Numbered from the stretch's first letter, positions 19,716-29,227 are shown. The stretch is DNA of 56,187 nucleotides from Candidatus Methylomirabilia bacterium (GCA_041497895.1 JBGQHJ010000012.1:1-56187), one strand, 5' to 3'. Notes: a model not told the origin generated them from the letters alone. Program-made: numbers and translations.

Positions 19716-21418
19716 ACGTCGCCGACTGGGTCGTGCTGCTCGGCACTATCGTGGGAATCGCCGCCTACGGGTCCTGGCGCACGCGCCACGTGCGGAGCCT
19801 CAACGCCTACCTGCGCGGCAACGCGTCCACCGGCTGGGGCACGATCGGCCTCAGCGTGATGGCCACTCAGGCGAGCGCGATCACGTTCCTCTCGATCCCC
19901 GGCCAGGGCTTCGAGAGCGGCATCGGTTTCGTCCAGAACTACTTCGGGCTGCCCCTGGCGCTCATCGTGGTGTGCGCCGTGTTCCTGCCCATGTACCGGC
20001 GGCTCAACGTCTACACCGCCTACGAGTTCCTCGGCCAGCGCTTCGACGAGAAGACGCGCCTGCTCGGCGCCGGCCTCTTCCTGTTGCAGCGCGGCCTCGC
20101 CGCCGGCGTGACGATCTACGCCCCCGCGATCATCATCTCCACCGTGCTCGGCTGGCCGCTCGACCTCGTCATCGTGTTCACCGGCCTGCTCGTGATCGTC
20201 TACACCGTCACCGGCGGCAGCGAGGCCGTCGCCCTGACCCACAAGTGGCAGATGGCGGTGATCTCCGCGGGTATGGTGACCGCCATGGTCGTGCTGCTGC
20301 TCCGGCTGCCCGCCGGCCTCGGGTTCATCGGCGCCGCCCACGTGGCCGGCGCGCTGGGCAAGCTGCAGGCGGTGGACTTCTCGCTCGATCCGAGCCGGCG
20401 CTACACGGTGTGGACCGGCGTGTTCGGCGGGTTGTTCCTCTCGCTCTCCTACTTCGGAACCGACCAATCGCAGGTGCAGCGCTACATCGGCGGCGCCTCT
20501 CTGCGCGAGGGCCGTCTGGGCCTCATGTTCAACGCGGTCCTCAAGATCCCGATGCAGTTCCTCATCCTCCTGCTCGGCGCGCTCCTGTTCGTCTTCTACC
20601 AGTTCACACCGCACCCGGTATTCTTCAATCAGCCGGAGTGGCGCCGCCACGCGCAGGACGGCCGCTTCCGTGCCATCGAGACCGAGCACGCCAGCGCCGT
20701 CGCGCAGAGCGAGTCCGCGATTCGCGCCTGGCTCCAGGCGCGCGTGTCGGACGACGCCGGCCGGGAAGTGAGCGCGCGGGCCGCGATGCTCGAGGCCAGC
20801 CAGCGCACCCGTGCGATCCGCGCCGACGCCAAGGTCGCCCTAGTGGCCGCCGACCCGCGCGCCAAGACCACCGACTCCGACTACGTCTTCATCACGTTCA
20901 TCGTGACGCAGCTCCCGCACGGGGCGGTGGGCCTCCTGGTGGCGGTGATGTTCGCGGCGGCCCTCTCGTCGAAGGCCTCCGAGCTCGCCGCGCTCGGAAC
21001 CACGACCACGATCGACTTCTGGCGGCACTTCCGCCCCCTCGCCGCCGCCGACGAGGCGCGCAACGTCCGCGTGGCGCGGCGCTTCACGGCGCTCTGGGGC
21101 GTCTTCGCGGTGGCCTTCGCCCTCTTCGCCGGCTTCGCGGAGAATCTCATCGAGGCCATCAACATCCTGGGCTCGATCTTCTACGGCGTCCTGCTCGGCC
21201 TCTTCGTGGTGGCGTTCTTCCTCCGGCGCGTCGGCGGCAGCGCGGTGTTCTTCGCCGCGGTTGCCGCGCAGGTCCTCGTCATCCTGATGTACTTCTCGCT
21301 CAGCATCGGCTACCTCTGGTACAACCTCATCGGCTGCGCCGCGTGCATCGCGTTCAGCGCGTCACTGCAGGCGGTCCTGCCGCCACGCGCCCGCGCCGGC
21401 GAGGGCCGCGCCGGATGA
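19712..21418 (+). CDS. Sodium:solute symporter (SSS) family transporter
   Basis: GLSVMATQASAITFLS, TAYEFLGQRF, YFGTDQSQVQRY, FAAALSS; many TM segments. Confidence 0.92.
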   Translation: MNVADWVVLLGTIVGIAAYGSWRTRHVRSLNAYLRGNASTGWGTIGLSVMATQASAITFLSIPGQGFESGIGFVQNYFGLPLALIVVCAVFLPMYRRLNVYTAYEFLGQRFDEKTRLLGAGLFLLQRGLAAGVTIYAPAIIISTVLGWPLDLVIVFTGLLVIVYTVTGGSEAVALTHKWQMAVISAGMVTAMVVLLLRLPAGLGFIGAAHVAGALGKLQAVDFSLDPSRRYTVWTGVFGGLFLSLSYFGTDQSQVQRYIGGASLREGRLGLMFNAVLKIPMQFLILLLGALLFVFYQFTPHPVFFNQPEWRRHAQDGRFRAIETEHASAVAQSESAIRAWLQARVSDDAGREVSARAAMLEASQRTRAIRADAKVALVAADPRAKTTDSDYVFITFIVTQLPHGAVGLLVAVMFAAALSSKASELAALGTTTTIDFWRHFRPLAAADEARNVRVARRFTALWGVFAVAFALFAGFAENLIEAINILGSIFYGVLLGLFVVAFFLRRVGGSAVFFAAVAAQVLVILMYFSLSIGYLWYNLIGCAACIAFSASLQAVLPPRARAGEGRAG

Positions 21419-22191
21419 AACCGGTCATCGCCTTCGGCCAGCAGCCCTGCGGCTTCTTCCCCCGTCGGTTCCTCGTGGCGAAGATCCGGACCGCCCGACG
21501 TCTCCAGACGGAGATGGGCGGGCGCGTCGTGTACTTCTGCCACGATAGCGACCACGATCCACGCGAGACCCGCACGATCCTGCGCCACCGCGCGACCGGG
21601 CGACCCGCGCACCTGAACTTCTCCGTCGTCAACAAGCTCCAGCGCAAGTTCTCCCCGCTCTACGCCAAGCGCATCGCCGCCGGATGGCACGCCGGCACGC
21701 TCGCCCAGCTCCCGAACTACGTCGCCGCCCCCGTCATCGACCTCTTCCGCAAGACGTCGGCGGAGACGGTGGCCGACTTCTGTCTCGAGATGTACCGCGG
21801 GATGGGTCTCCTCGACGGCGTGGACGTCGTGCGCTCGAGCGATCCCGCGGTGCGGCGCCGCGCCTGCGAGGTGGACGACTTCTTCGTGGACGTGCCGTAC
21901 CAGGGCGAGATCGCCCGAGCCCGCGCCCGTGACGGCGCGTTCTACCTGCACGAAGGCGGTGATTCGTTCGTCACCCTGTCGCCGGGGGCTTCCGCCCCCC
22001 GGAAGGAGCAGATCAGCCCAGCGCGCGACACGCGGCTGCGATGGATGCAATCGGTGATCCACTGCACCCACTACGTGACCGGCCCGGGCGAGCAGGCGTA
22101 TCTTCGGCCGGCGGACGCGCCGGAGATCGCGTACGTGCGCCGCGAGCACATCGAGCTGCCGGATGAAGCGTTCACCGAGCTCTCGGGCTGA
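21415..22191 (+). CDS. Short BshC-like protein (258 aa; putative bacillithiol cysteine-adding ligase core)
   Basis: Motifs GQQ..F, YFCHDSDHD and YVTGPGEQAY match BshC; immediately upstream of bshA. Confidence 0.65.
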   Translation: MKPVIAFGQQPCGFFPRRFLVAKIRTARRLQTEMGGRVVYFCHDSDHDPRETRTILRHRATGRPAHLNFSVVNKLQRKFSPLYAKRIAAGWHAGTLAQLPNYVAAPVIDLFRKTSAETVADFCLEMYRGMGLLDGVDVVRSSDPAVRRRACEVDDFFVDVPYQGEIARARARDGAFYLHEGGDSFVTLSPGASAPRKEQISPARDTRLRWMQSVIHCTHYVTGPGEQAYLRPADAPEIAYVRREHIELPDEAFTELSG

Positions 22192-22192
22192 C

Positions 22193-23323
22193 ATGGCGGC
22201 GGACACACTGCGAGTCGGCATCACCTGCTACCCATCGGTCGGCGGCAGCGGCGTGCTGGCGACCGCGCTCGGCGAGGACCTGGCCGCGCGCGGCCATGAC
22301 GTGCACTTCATCGCCTACGAGCGCCCATTCCGTCTGCCCTCGGACGGCCCGCGCCTGCACTTCCATCCCGTCGCGATCAACGAGTACGAGCTCTTCCGGT
22401 TCCCCGACTATACCCTCCCGCTCTCGGTGCGTATGGCCCAGGTGAGCCGCGACCACCGACTCGACGTCCTCCACGTCCACTACGCCGTGCCTCACGCCAC
22501 CGCCGCGATCCTCGCGCGCGCGATGCTCCCCTCCGGCCAGCGGCCCCGCGTCGTCACGACCCTGCACGGCACGGATACCACGCTGCTCGGCCACGACGCC
22601 GGCTACGCGCCCGCCATCCTGCACGCCCTGGTCTCGTCGGACGCGGTCACCGCGGTATCCGAGTCGCTCAAGCGCGAAACGCAACGCGTGCTCGGCTTCG
22701 ATGGGCCGATCGAGGTCATCCCCAATTTCTTCGCTCCGCGTCCGCCCAGCCGCTCCCCCGACGTCGTTCGCCGCGAGCTCGGCGTCGACCGCGAGGTCCT
22801 CGTGGTCCACTCGTCCAATCTGCGCCACGGCAAGCGCATCGACCTCCTGCTGGAGACGGCCGCGCGGGTACGCCCGCGCGAGGCCTTCAAGCTCCTCATA
22901 CTCGCCGGCGAGGCCTTCGCGCCGTTCGGCGGCGAGGTTCGGCGCCTGGGTCTGACCGACCGCGTGATCGTCCGCGAGAAGGTCCACGCGATCGAGGACT
23001 ATCTTCAGGTCGCCGATATCGGCCTCTACACCTCCGACGCCGAAAGCTTCTGCCTCAGCATCCTCGAAGCGATGTGCTTCGGCTGTCCGAGCGTGTCCAC
23101 TCGCGTGGGCGGCATCCCGGAAGTGGTGGAGGACGGAGAGAGCGGCGTGCTCGTGTCGGCCGGCGACGTCGTCGCGCTCGCCCAGGCGCTAGAGGCTCTG
23201 ATCCACGACGAGGCACGGCGCCGTGCCCTCGGCCGCGCCGCGCAAGCGCGCGCGCGAGAGCGGTTCTCCGCCGAGGTGATCGTGCCGCGCTACGAAGCGC
23301 TCTACCACCGATTGTGCCGGTGA
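22193..23323 (+). CDS. bshA: N-acetyl-alpha-D-glucosaminyl L-malate synthase BshA (GT4)
   Basis: GITCYPSVGGSGVLAT, PFRL, HVHYAVPHA, TTLHGTD, ESFCLSILEAM, VGGIPEVV. Confidence 0.92.
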   Translation: MAADTLRVGITCYPSVGGSGVLATALGEDLAARGHDVHFIAYERPFRLPSDGPRLHFHPVAINEYELFRFPDYTLPLSVRMAQVSRDHRLDVLHVHYAVPHATAAILARAMLPSGQRPRVVTTLHGTDTTLLGHDAGYAPAILHALVSSDAVTAVSESLKRETQRVLGFDGPIEVIPNFFAPRPPSRSPDVVRRELGVDREVLVVHSSNLRHGKRIDLLLETAARVRPREAFKLLILAGEAFAPFGGEVRRLGLTDRVIVREKVHAIEDYLQVADIGLYTSDAESFCLSILEAMCFGCPSVSTRVGGIPEVVEDGESGVLVSAGDVVALAQALEALIHDEARRRALGRAAQARARERFSAEVIVPRYEALYHRLCR

Positions 23324-23355
23324 CGGCCCCCGCACGCGCGCGCGGGTCGGTCACC

Positions 23356-23375
23356 TTGACCTGGAGTGAACCCAG
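23356..23375 (+). promoter_or_regulatory. MerR-like promoter/operator (TTGACC followed by an imperfect dyad)
   Basis: TTGAC-CTGGAGTGAACCCAG, one base short of the CTGGAGT/ACTCCAG dyad; upstream of the DinB gene. Confidence 0.35.
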
Positions 23376-23402
23376 TCGAATGAATCTCGTCGGGAGGCGA
23401 CC

Positions 23403-23942
23403 ATGAAAATCCTGACCTACGCGTGCGTGGTATTCTTCGCCGTCGTCGCGGCCACCGGACCCTCGTTGCTCTCGGCCCAGACCCCGGCGCCGAGTCTCGC
23501 CAAGGAGCTCGCGGCGACCTTCCAGCGCGCCACCGCCGAGATCCTCGACGTGGCGGAGGTGATGCCGGCCGAGAAGTACGGTTTCAAGCCGACGCCCGAG
23601 GTGTCGAGCTTCGGCGACCAGCTCGTGCACGTCGCCGGTATCACCCAGCGCTTCATCGACACCGCCAAGGGCGTCAAGACGGAAGCGGCCCATCATGGCG
23701 CGATGGCGAAGCCAGAAGTCATCGCCCTGCTGAAGAACACGTTCCAGAGCGCGCAGGAGACGATCACGCCGCTGACCGATGGCCAGCTCCTGGAGCCCGT
23801 GAAGTTCCCGTTCGGGGACCGCACGGTCACCCGCGCCACGTTCTGGCAGGGTGCGCTGTACCAGATTCGCAACCATCACGGCCAGCTCGTGGTCTATCTG
23901 CGGCTGAACGGGATCGTGCCGCCCACGAGCGCGCGGCGATAG
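23403..23942 (+). CDS. DinB/YfiT superfamily protein with signal peptide
   Basis: GGGAGG RBS; signal peptide ending LLSA-Q; MPAEKYGFKP, SFGDQLVH, NHHGQLVVYLRLNGIVPP. Confidence 0.88.
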   Translation: MKILTYACVVFFAVVAATGPSLLSAQTPAPSLAKELAATFQRATAEILDVAEVMPAEKYGFKPTPEVSSFGDQLVHVAGITQRFIDTAKGVKTEAAHHGAMAKPEVIALLKNTFQSAQETITPLTDGQLLEPVKFPFGDRTVTRATFWQGALYQIRNHHGQLVVYLRLNGIVPPTSARR

Positions 23943-23982
23943 ACTTCGCGCCGTTCACCCGAGCAACCAGGGCAGGAGGCCC

Positions 23983-24015
23983 GAGGGCCGGTTCACCGCC
24001 GGCCCTCTTCTCCTT
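23983..24015 (+). terminator. Putative intrinsic terminator after the DinB gene
   Basis: gagggccgg-ttcaccg-ccggccctc stem-loop followed by ttctcctt. Confidence 0.55.
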
Positions 24016-24159
24016 CACGCACTCACCAGCACCGGCTCGTCGGCATTCGGCCGCCACCGCCCCGCGTGCTCAGCCAGAATTCGCGGACCCAGACCCCAGC
24101 TCGGTCGACCGGTTCCCCGGGCTCGCGGCCGAACTCGCTTGCCTCAACCGGGCACGACC

Positions 24160-25266
24160 TCAGCGCGTGAAGATCGCCTCCGGGATCAGGGCCGAGACCA
24201 CGTAGTTCGGCACGTCGACCACGTTGCTCACCCGCAGGTCCACCGCCACGCTCGAGATCACGTAGGCCTGCTCGCGCGTCCAGCCCCGCTCCTGCAGCAG
24301 CTCGATCATGTTGAGCAGCGCGTTGCGGCAGGCCAGGGTGAGGTTCTCGCCCTCGTTCACCCCGTCGTCGCGGATCGGCATGCCGGTGGCGGCGAGGAAG
24401 CGCTTCGGCGCGGCCCACTCGGGCGGGGCGAAGTAGTCGCGGTGCCGGAAGCGCGGGCCACGATGGAGCGTCTTGCCCGCGCCCTTGATCACCTTGAACT
24501 TCACGACCGCGGTGGCCCCCATCTCGACCGCGGTCACGCACACCTCACCGTCGCCCTGGGCGAAGTGCCCGTCGCCCACCGAGAACAGCGCGCCCTCCAC
24601 CGCGACCGGCAGCTGGAGCGTCGCGCCCTTGGTGATCTGCTTGACGTCCATGTTGCCGCCGTTCTCGCGCGGCGGGATCGTGCGCAAGCCCTCGGTGGCG
24701 GGCGCGCCCTTGCCGGGTACGGCGCCCGCGGGATCCGGCGTCATCACCAGGCCCCCGCGGCTCAGCAGGGACTGCTCGCGCTCGGCCCAGGCGGTCACCT
24801 GCTCGCGCGAGGGCGCCACCCCGATCACGCCCATGAAGGGCGCGCCCGGGATGCGCACCCCGGGGAGCTGGGGCGAGGTGGCCCAGCCGTCGGCGATCTG
24901 CCAGTGCACGAGGTACGGCACGGTGTAGAGATCGCGCAGGAAGCCGAGCCCGGGGATGATGCCGGTGAAGCCGTGGGGCTGCGGCAGGATGTCCACGAAC
25001 TCGATCTCGAGCAGGTCGCCCGGCCGGGCGCCCTTGACCAGCACCGGCCCGGTGATCGGATGAACCGCCCCCGCGTCCATCGCGGCCATGCCCTCCGCGG
25101 TGACCGAGGGGCCGAGCTGGCCGTCGCAGCCGTCGCGGGTCTCGAGCAGGACCTCCTCGCCCTCGGCCGCCTCGAGGATCGGCGGGACGTCGGGATGCCA
25201 GCGGTTGTGGCCGGTCTTCGGCTGGTCGACGAGGCGCTTGCTCCGGTCGATCTCGACGCTCTTCAT
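24160..25266 (-). CDS. Acetamidase/formamidase family protein
   Basis: HNRWHPD, HPITGPV, PFMGVIG, ENGGNMD, GDGHFAQGDGEV, VVDVPN. Confidence 0.93.
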   Translation of the reverse strand: MKSVEIDRSKRLVDQPKTGHNRWHPDVPPILEAAEGEEVLLETRDGCDGQLGPSVTAEGMAAMDAGAVHPITGPVLVKGARPGDLLEIEFVDILPQPHGFTGIIPGLGFLRDLYTVPYLVHWQIADGWATSPQLPGVRIPGAPFMGVIGVAPSREQVTAWAEREQSLLSRGGLVMTPDPAGAVPGKGAPATEGLRTIPPRENGGNMDVKQITKGATLQLPVAVEGALFSVGDGHFAQGDGEVCVTAVEMGATAVVKFKVIKGAGKTLHRGPRFRHRDYFAPPEWAAPKRFLAATGMPIRDDGVNEGENLTLACRNALLNMIELLQERGWTREQAYVISSVAVDLRVSNVVDVPNYVVSALIPEAIFTR

Positions 25267-25276
25267 GGGATTCTCC

Positions 25277-27085
25277 TCAGGCGTCCGCGGCGCGGAAGGC
25301 GCGCCAGCGCTCCTCCGCCTGCGCGAAGCCGGGACCGCGGTCGATGAGCGGGAGGTCGCGGGCGCGGCGGGCCCGCTCCTCCTGGGTGGCGGTCTTGTCG
25401 ACCTCGAGGGTGGACTCGTCCACCACCACCCCGTAGTCGTCGCGGGCCCCGCGCGCGGTGATGAAGCCGCGCGCCACGTCCTGGCGCACCCGCTCCGGCT
25501 CGCGGGCGAGCGGATCGCCCCAGCCCCCGCCCCCGCAGGTCTCCAAGCGGAGCAGATCCCCGCGCTTGAGCACGATGCCGTCGCCCAGGGCGGGCAGCAC
25601 GCGCTCCTCCGACGTGTCCGGGTTCAGCACGATGCGCCCGGTCCGCCCGGCGCCGCCGCCCGCGACGCCGTAGGGAGCGACCATCGTGTTCTCCATGCGG
25701 GTGGCCAGCTCGGCGCGCTCGGCCAGCACCCGCACGTCGCGCACCACCCCGGTGCCGCCGCGATGCAGCCCCGGCCCGCCCGAGTCCGGTCGCACCGCGT
25801 AGCGCTCGACCCGCAGCGGGAAGTCGCGCTCCACGTACTCGACCGGGTAGTTCTCCTGCGCGATGTAGTAGATGACGTCGACCCCGTCCGCGAAGGGCCG
25901 CGCGCCGAGCCCCACGCCGAGCCCCTCGATGCACAGGATCGGCCGGCGCCGGGCCGCGTCCCAGGCCCGGAAGTAGTAGAGCACGTAGACCGGCGAGCCC
26001 GCGGGCACGCGGCCGCCGTTGGCCTGGGCCAGGGTGCCGAAGATGCAGGACATCACCCGGAAGCGCGTGTTGGCCCGCATGCCGAGCGGGGCCGGGAAGC
26101 GCGGCTTGAGGATGCTGCCCTCGCGGGCGATCCACTCGTCGAGGTTCGCGAGCAGGCCCTCGTTGACCTCGAGGTCGGGGTCGAGCGACTGCAGATAGCG
26201 CCCGAACGCGATCCGGAGCAGGCCGGGATTGGTCGTGAAGTTGATCGGGCCGCGGGCCTGGTCGTCCGAGTTCGAGCCGTCGAGCCGCACGTGGTCGCCC
26301 GCGCGCGACAGGGTCAGGTCGATGCGGTAGGGCCGCGCCTCGGCGCCGCCGTCGCTGTCGAGGAAGTCGTGGAAGCGCCACTCTCCAGTCGGGATCAGCT
26401 CGAGGAAGAGCTCGCGGGCCCGCGCCGCGGTCTGGGCGATGCACTCGTCGAAGGCGGCCAGCACCGTCTCCACTCCGTAGCGGCCGCAGAGCTCCCCGAG
26501 GCGCGTCTCGGCCAGGCGACAGGAGGCCATCATGGCCCGGGTGTCGCCCTCCACCAGGTCCGGCAGGCGCGAGTTGCGCAGGAAGATGCGGTAGGCCTCC
26601 TCGTTCAGCTGGCCCTCGCGAACTATTCGCACGGGGGGCACGAGCACTCCCTCGTGATAGATCTCGGTGGCGTGCGGCGAGATCGAGCCCGCGCGCAGGC
26701 CGCCGATGTCCTGGTAGTGGCCGAAGGTGGTCGAGAACGCGACCAGGCGCCCCGCGTGGAAGATCGGCACCGCGAAGACCATGTCCTGGTGGTGCTGCAC
26801 CGCCCCGTCGGAGATGTACGGGTCGTTGAACCAGTAGACGTCGCCCGGGCGCATGGTCTCGAGCGGGTAGACCTTCATGATCGCGTGGAGCATGCCGGGC
26901 CCGCTGCCCGAGATGTGGCAGGCCACGATACGGCCGGCGGTGTCGAAGATGCCGACGAAGTAGTCCTTCTTCTCCTTGATGAAGGGCGACATCGCGCACC
27001 GCTCCATCAGGAGCTCCATGTCGCGGATGGCCGAGGCGAGGCTGCCGCGGATGATCTCGAGCGTGATCGGGTCGACCTCAGCCAT
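25277..27085 (-). CDS. Hydantoinase B / 5-oxoprolinase subunit
   Basis: DPITLEII, NDPY, DIGG..GS, EIYHEG, DSGGPGLHRGG, GGGGWGDP. Confidence 0.92.
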   Translation of the reverse strand: MAEVDPITLEIIRGSLASAIRDMELLMERCAMSPFIKEKKDYFVGIFDTAGRIVACHISGSGPGMLHAIMKVYPLETMRPGDVYWFNDPYISDGAVQHHQDMVFAVPIFHAGRLVAFSTTFGHYQDIGGLRAGSISPHATEIYHEGVLVPPVRIVREGQLNEEAYRIFLRNSRLPDLVEGDTRAMMASCRLAETRLGELCGRYGVETVLAAFDECIAQTAARARELFLELIPTGEWRFHDFLDSDGGAEARPYRIDLTLSRAGDHVRLDGSNSDDQARGPINFTTNPGLLRIAFGRYLQSLDPDLEVNEGLLANLDEWIAREGSILKPRFPAPLGMRANTRFRVMSCIFGTLAQANGGRVPAGSPVYVLYYFRAWDAARRRPILCIEGLGVGLGARPFADGVDVIYYIAQENYPVEYVERDFPLRVERYAVRPDSGGPGLHRGGTGVVRDVRVLAERAELATRMENTMVAPYGVAGGGAGRTGRIVLNPDTSEERVLPALGDGIVLKRGDLLRLETCGGGGWGDPLAREPERVRQDVARGFITARGARDDYGVVVDESTLEVDKTATQEERARRARDLPLIDRGPGFAQAEERWRAFRAADA

Positions 27086-29168
27086 GAGCGCGCTCCAGGA
27101 GGATGTTGTGCGCGGCGTCCACGCGAGCGTGGAAGCCCGGGGCGATCAGCGGCGTGGTGTCGCTCTGCTCGATGATGGCGGGCCCGTCGAGGGTCATGCC
27201 GGGGGCGAGCCCGTCGCGCGCGTAGGACGGGGTGTCGACGAAGCCCACGCCGCGGAAATAGACCGGCCGGCGACCGGTGCGGGCCCGCGCGAGATCGCCC
27301 TCGCCCGCCGCGGGCGGCCGGGTCTCCCGGCGGGGCAGCGCGCCCACCGCGGTGAGGCGCAGGTTCACCAGCTCCACCGGCGCCGCGGGCAGGTCGTAGC
27401 TGTAGAGCCGCCGGTGCTCGGCGTGGAAGGTGGCCATCAGCGCCTCCAGACGCCCGGCGGTGATCGGCCCCTCCCCGATCGGACAGGTCAGCTCGAAGCT
27501 CTGGTGCTCGTAGCGCAGGTCCGCCGCGCGCTCGAAGCGCTGCCGCTCGGGCGGCACCTGCTCGGCCGCGAGCCACCCCTGGGCCTGGCGCTCGAGCTCG
27601 GTCCACGCGGCCTCGAGCGGGGCCACCCGGCCGCCGGCCTCGGCCAGCCGCCGCTCGGCGACGCCCACCGTGCGGACGAAGGTGGCGCGGATATCGGTGT
27701 CGAGCAGCCCCCAGGTCGAGAGCACACCGGGCCGCGGCGGAATCACCACGGTGGGGATGTCGAGCAGCTCGGCCAGCCGGCAGGCGTGCAGCGGCCCCGC
27801 CCCGCCGAAGGCCACCAGCGCGAAGCGCCGCGGATCGTGGCCGCGTCCCACCGACACGGTGCGGATGGCGCGGGCCATCGCGTTGTCGATGATCTCGACG
27901 ATGCCGGCGGCGGCCTCCTCCACCCCGAGCCCGAGCGGCCGGCCGACGCGGGCCGTGACGGCCGCGCGCGCCGCCGCCACGTCGAGCGGCAGCTCGCCGC
28001 CCAGCAGCGCGGCCGGGATGCGCCCGAGCACCAGGTGGGCATCGGTGAGGGTGGGCTCGCTCCCGCCGCGGCCGTAGCACACCGGGCCCGGCTCGGCGCC
28101 GGCGCTGCGCGGGCCGACGGTGAGGCGCCCCGCGCTGGTCACCGCCGCGATCGACCCGCCGCCCGCCCCGATGGTGTGTATGTCCACGATCGGCAGCTTG
28201 AGCGGGAAGGGCCCGATCATGCCGTCCTTGGTGACCTCGGGCCGCCCGGCGCGCACCAGGCAGATGTCGGCGCTGGTGCCGCCCACGTCGATCGAGATGA
28301 TGTCGCCGTGGCCCGCCGAGCGGCCGACGCCGACCGCGCCCACCACGCCCGCGGCGGGACCGGACAGCACGGTCTGCACCGGCTGGCGGACGCAGGTGGC
28401 CGCGCTGGTCACGCCGCCGTCCGACTTCATGATGAGCAGCGGGGCCTGCAGCCCCTCGCCGTCGAGCGCCTGGCGCAGCACGCTCACGTAGCGGCTCACC
28501 GGCGGCATGACCGCCGCGTTGAGCGCGGTGGCCATGGTCCGCTCGAACTCGCGGAACTGGGGCAGCACCTCCGAGGAGAGCGACACCAGCACTCCCGGGT
28601 ACTCCTCGGCCAGGATCGCCTGCATGCGCTGCTCGTGCGCGGGGTTGGCGTAGGCGTGCAGGAACACGACCGCCACCGCCGGCACGCCCAGCTGCGCGAG
28701 CTGACGCGCGAGCGCCCGCGCCGCCGTCTCGTCGAGCGGGGTGAGGACGGAGCCGTCCACGTCGAGCCGCTCGGCCACCTCGAAGACGCGCTCGGGCGTG
28801 ATCGGCCGTGTGGGCTTGGACCAGCCGTAGAGGTTGCCGTGGCGCGGGATGTCGTGGCGGCCGATCTCGAGCACGTACTTGAAGCCGGCGGTCGTCACCA
28901 GCGCGGTGGGCGGCGTCTTGCCCTCGAGGATCGCGTTGGTCGCGGTGGTGGTACCGTGGAACACGCGCAGCACGTCGCCGGGGGCGCGGCCGGCCAGCGC
29001 CAGCACCTTCCGCACCGCGTTGATGAACCCGGCCGAGAGATCGCCCGGCGTGGAGGGCGTCTTCGCCACCCAGAGCGCTCCGGTGGCGGCGTCGGTGAAC
29101 GTGATGTCGGTGAAGGTGCCGCCTACGTCGATGGCGAGCGTACAGGTCTTGGCCACGGGCGCGCCCAT
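27078..29168 (-). CDS. Hydantoinase A / 5-oxoprolinase ATP-binding subunit (true start may be GTG 29156)
   Basis: IDVGGTFTD, HGTTTATNA, LSGPAAG, DVGGTS, IGAGGGS, SAGAEPGP, FGGAG. Confidence 0.93.
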   Translation of the reverse strand: MGAPVAKTCTLAIDVGGTFTDITFTDAATGALWVAKTPSTPGDLSAGFINAVRKVLALAGRAPGDVLRVFHGTTTATNAILEGKTPPTALVTTAGFKYVLEIGRHDIPRHGNLYGWSKPTRPITPERVFEVAERLDVDGSVLTPLDETAARALARQLAQLGVPAVAVVFLHAYANPAHEQRMQAILAEEYPGVLVSLSSEVLPQFREFERTMATALNAAVMPPVSRYVSVLRQALDGEGLQAPLLIMKSDGGVTSAATCVRQPVQTVLSGPAAGVVGAVGVGRSAGHGDIISIDVGGTSADICLVRAGRPEVTKDGMIGPFPLKLPIVDIHTIGAGGGSIAAVTSAGRLTVGPRSAGAEPGPVCYGRGGSEPTLTDAHLVLGRIPAALLGGELPLDVAAARAAVTARVGRPLGLGVEEAAAGIVEIIDNAMARAIRTVSVGRGHDPRRFALVAFGGAGPLHACRLAELLDIPTVVIPPRPGVLSTWGLLDTDIRATFVRTVGVAERRLAEAGGRVAPLEAAWTELERQAQGWLAAEQVPPERQRFERAADLRYEHQSFELTCPIGEGPITAGRLEALMATFHAEHRRLYSYDLPAAPVELVNLRLTAVGALPRRETRPPAAGEGDLARARTGRRPVYFRGVGFVDTPSYARDGLAPGMTLDGPAIIEQSDTTPLIAPGFHARVDAAHNILLERAHG

Positions 29169-29227
29169 TGTAGACCCGGCGGAGGCCCGGGAAAAGGTGG
29201 CGCGGTCCTGCCAACCCCCGAACCGTC

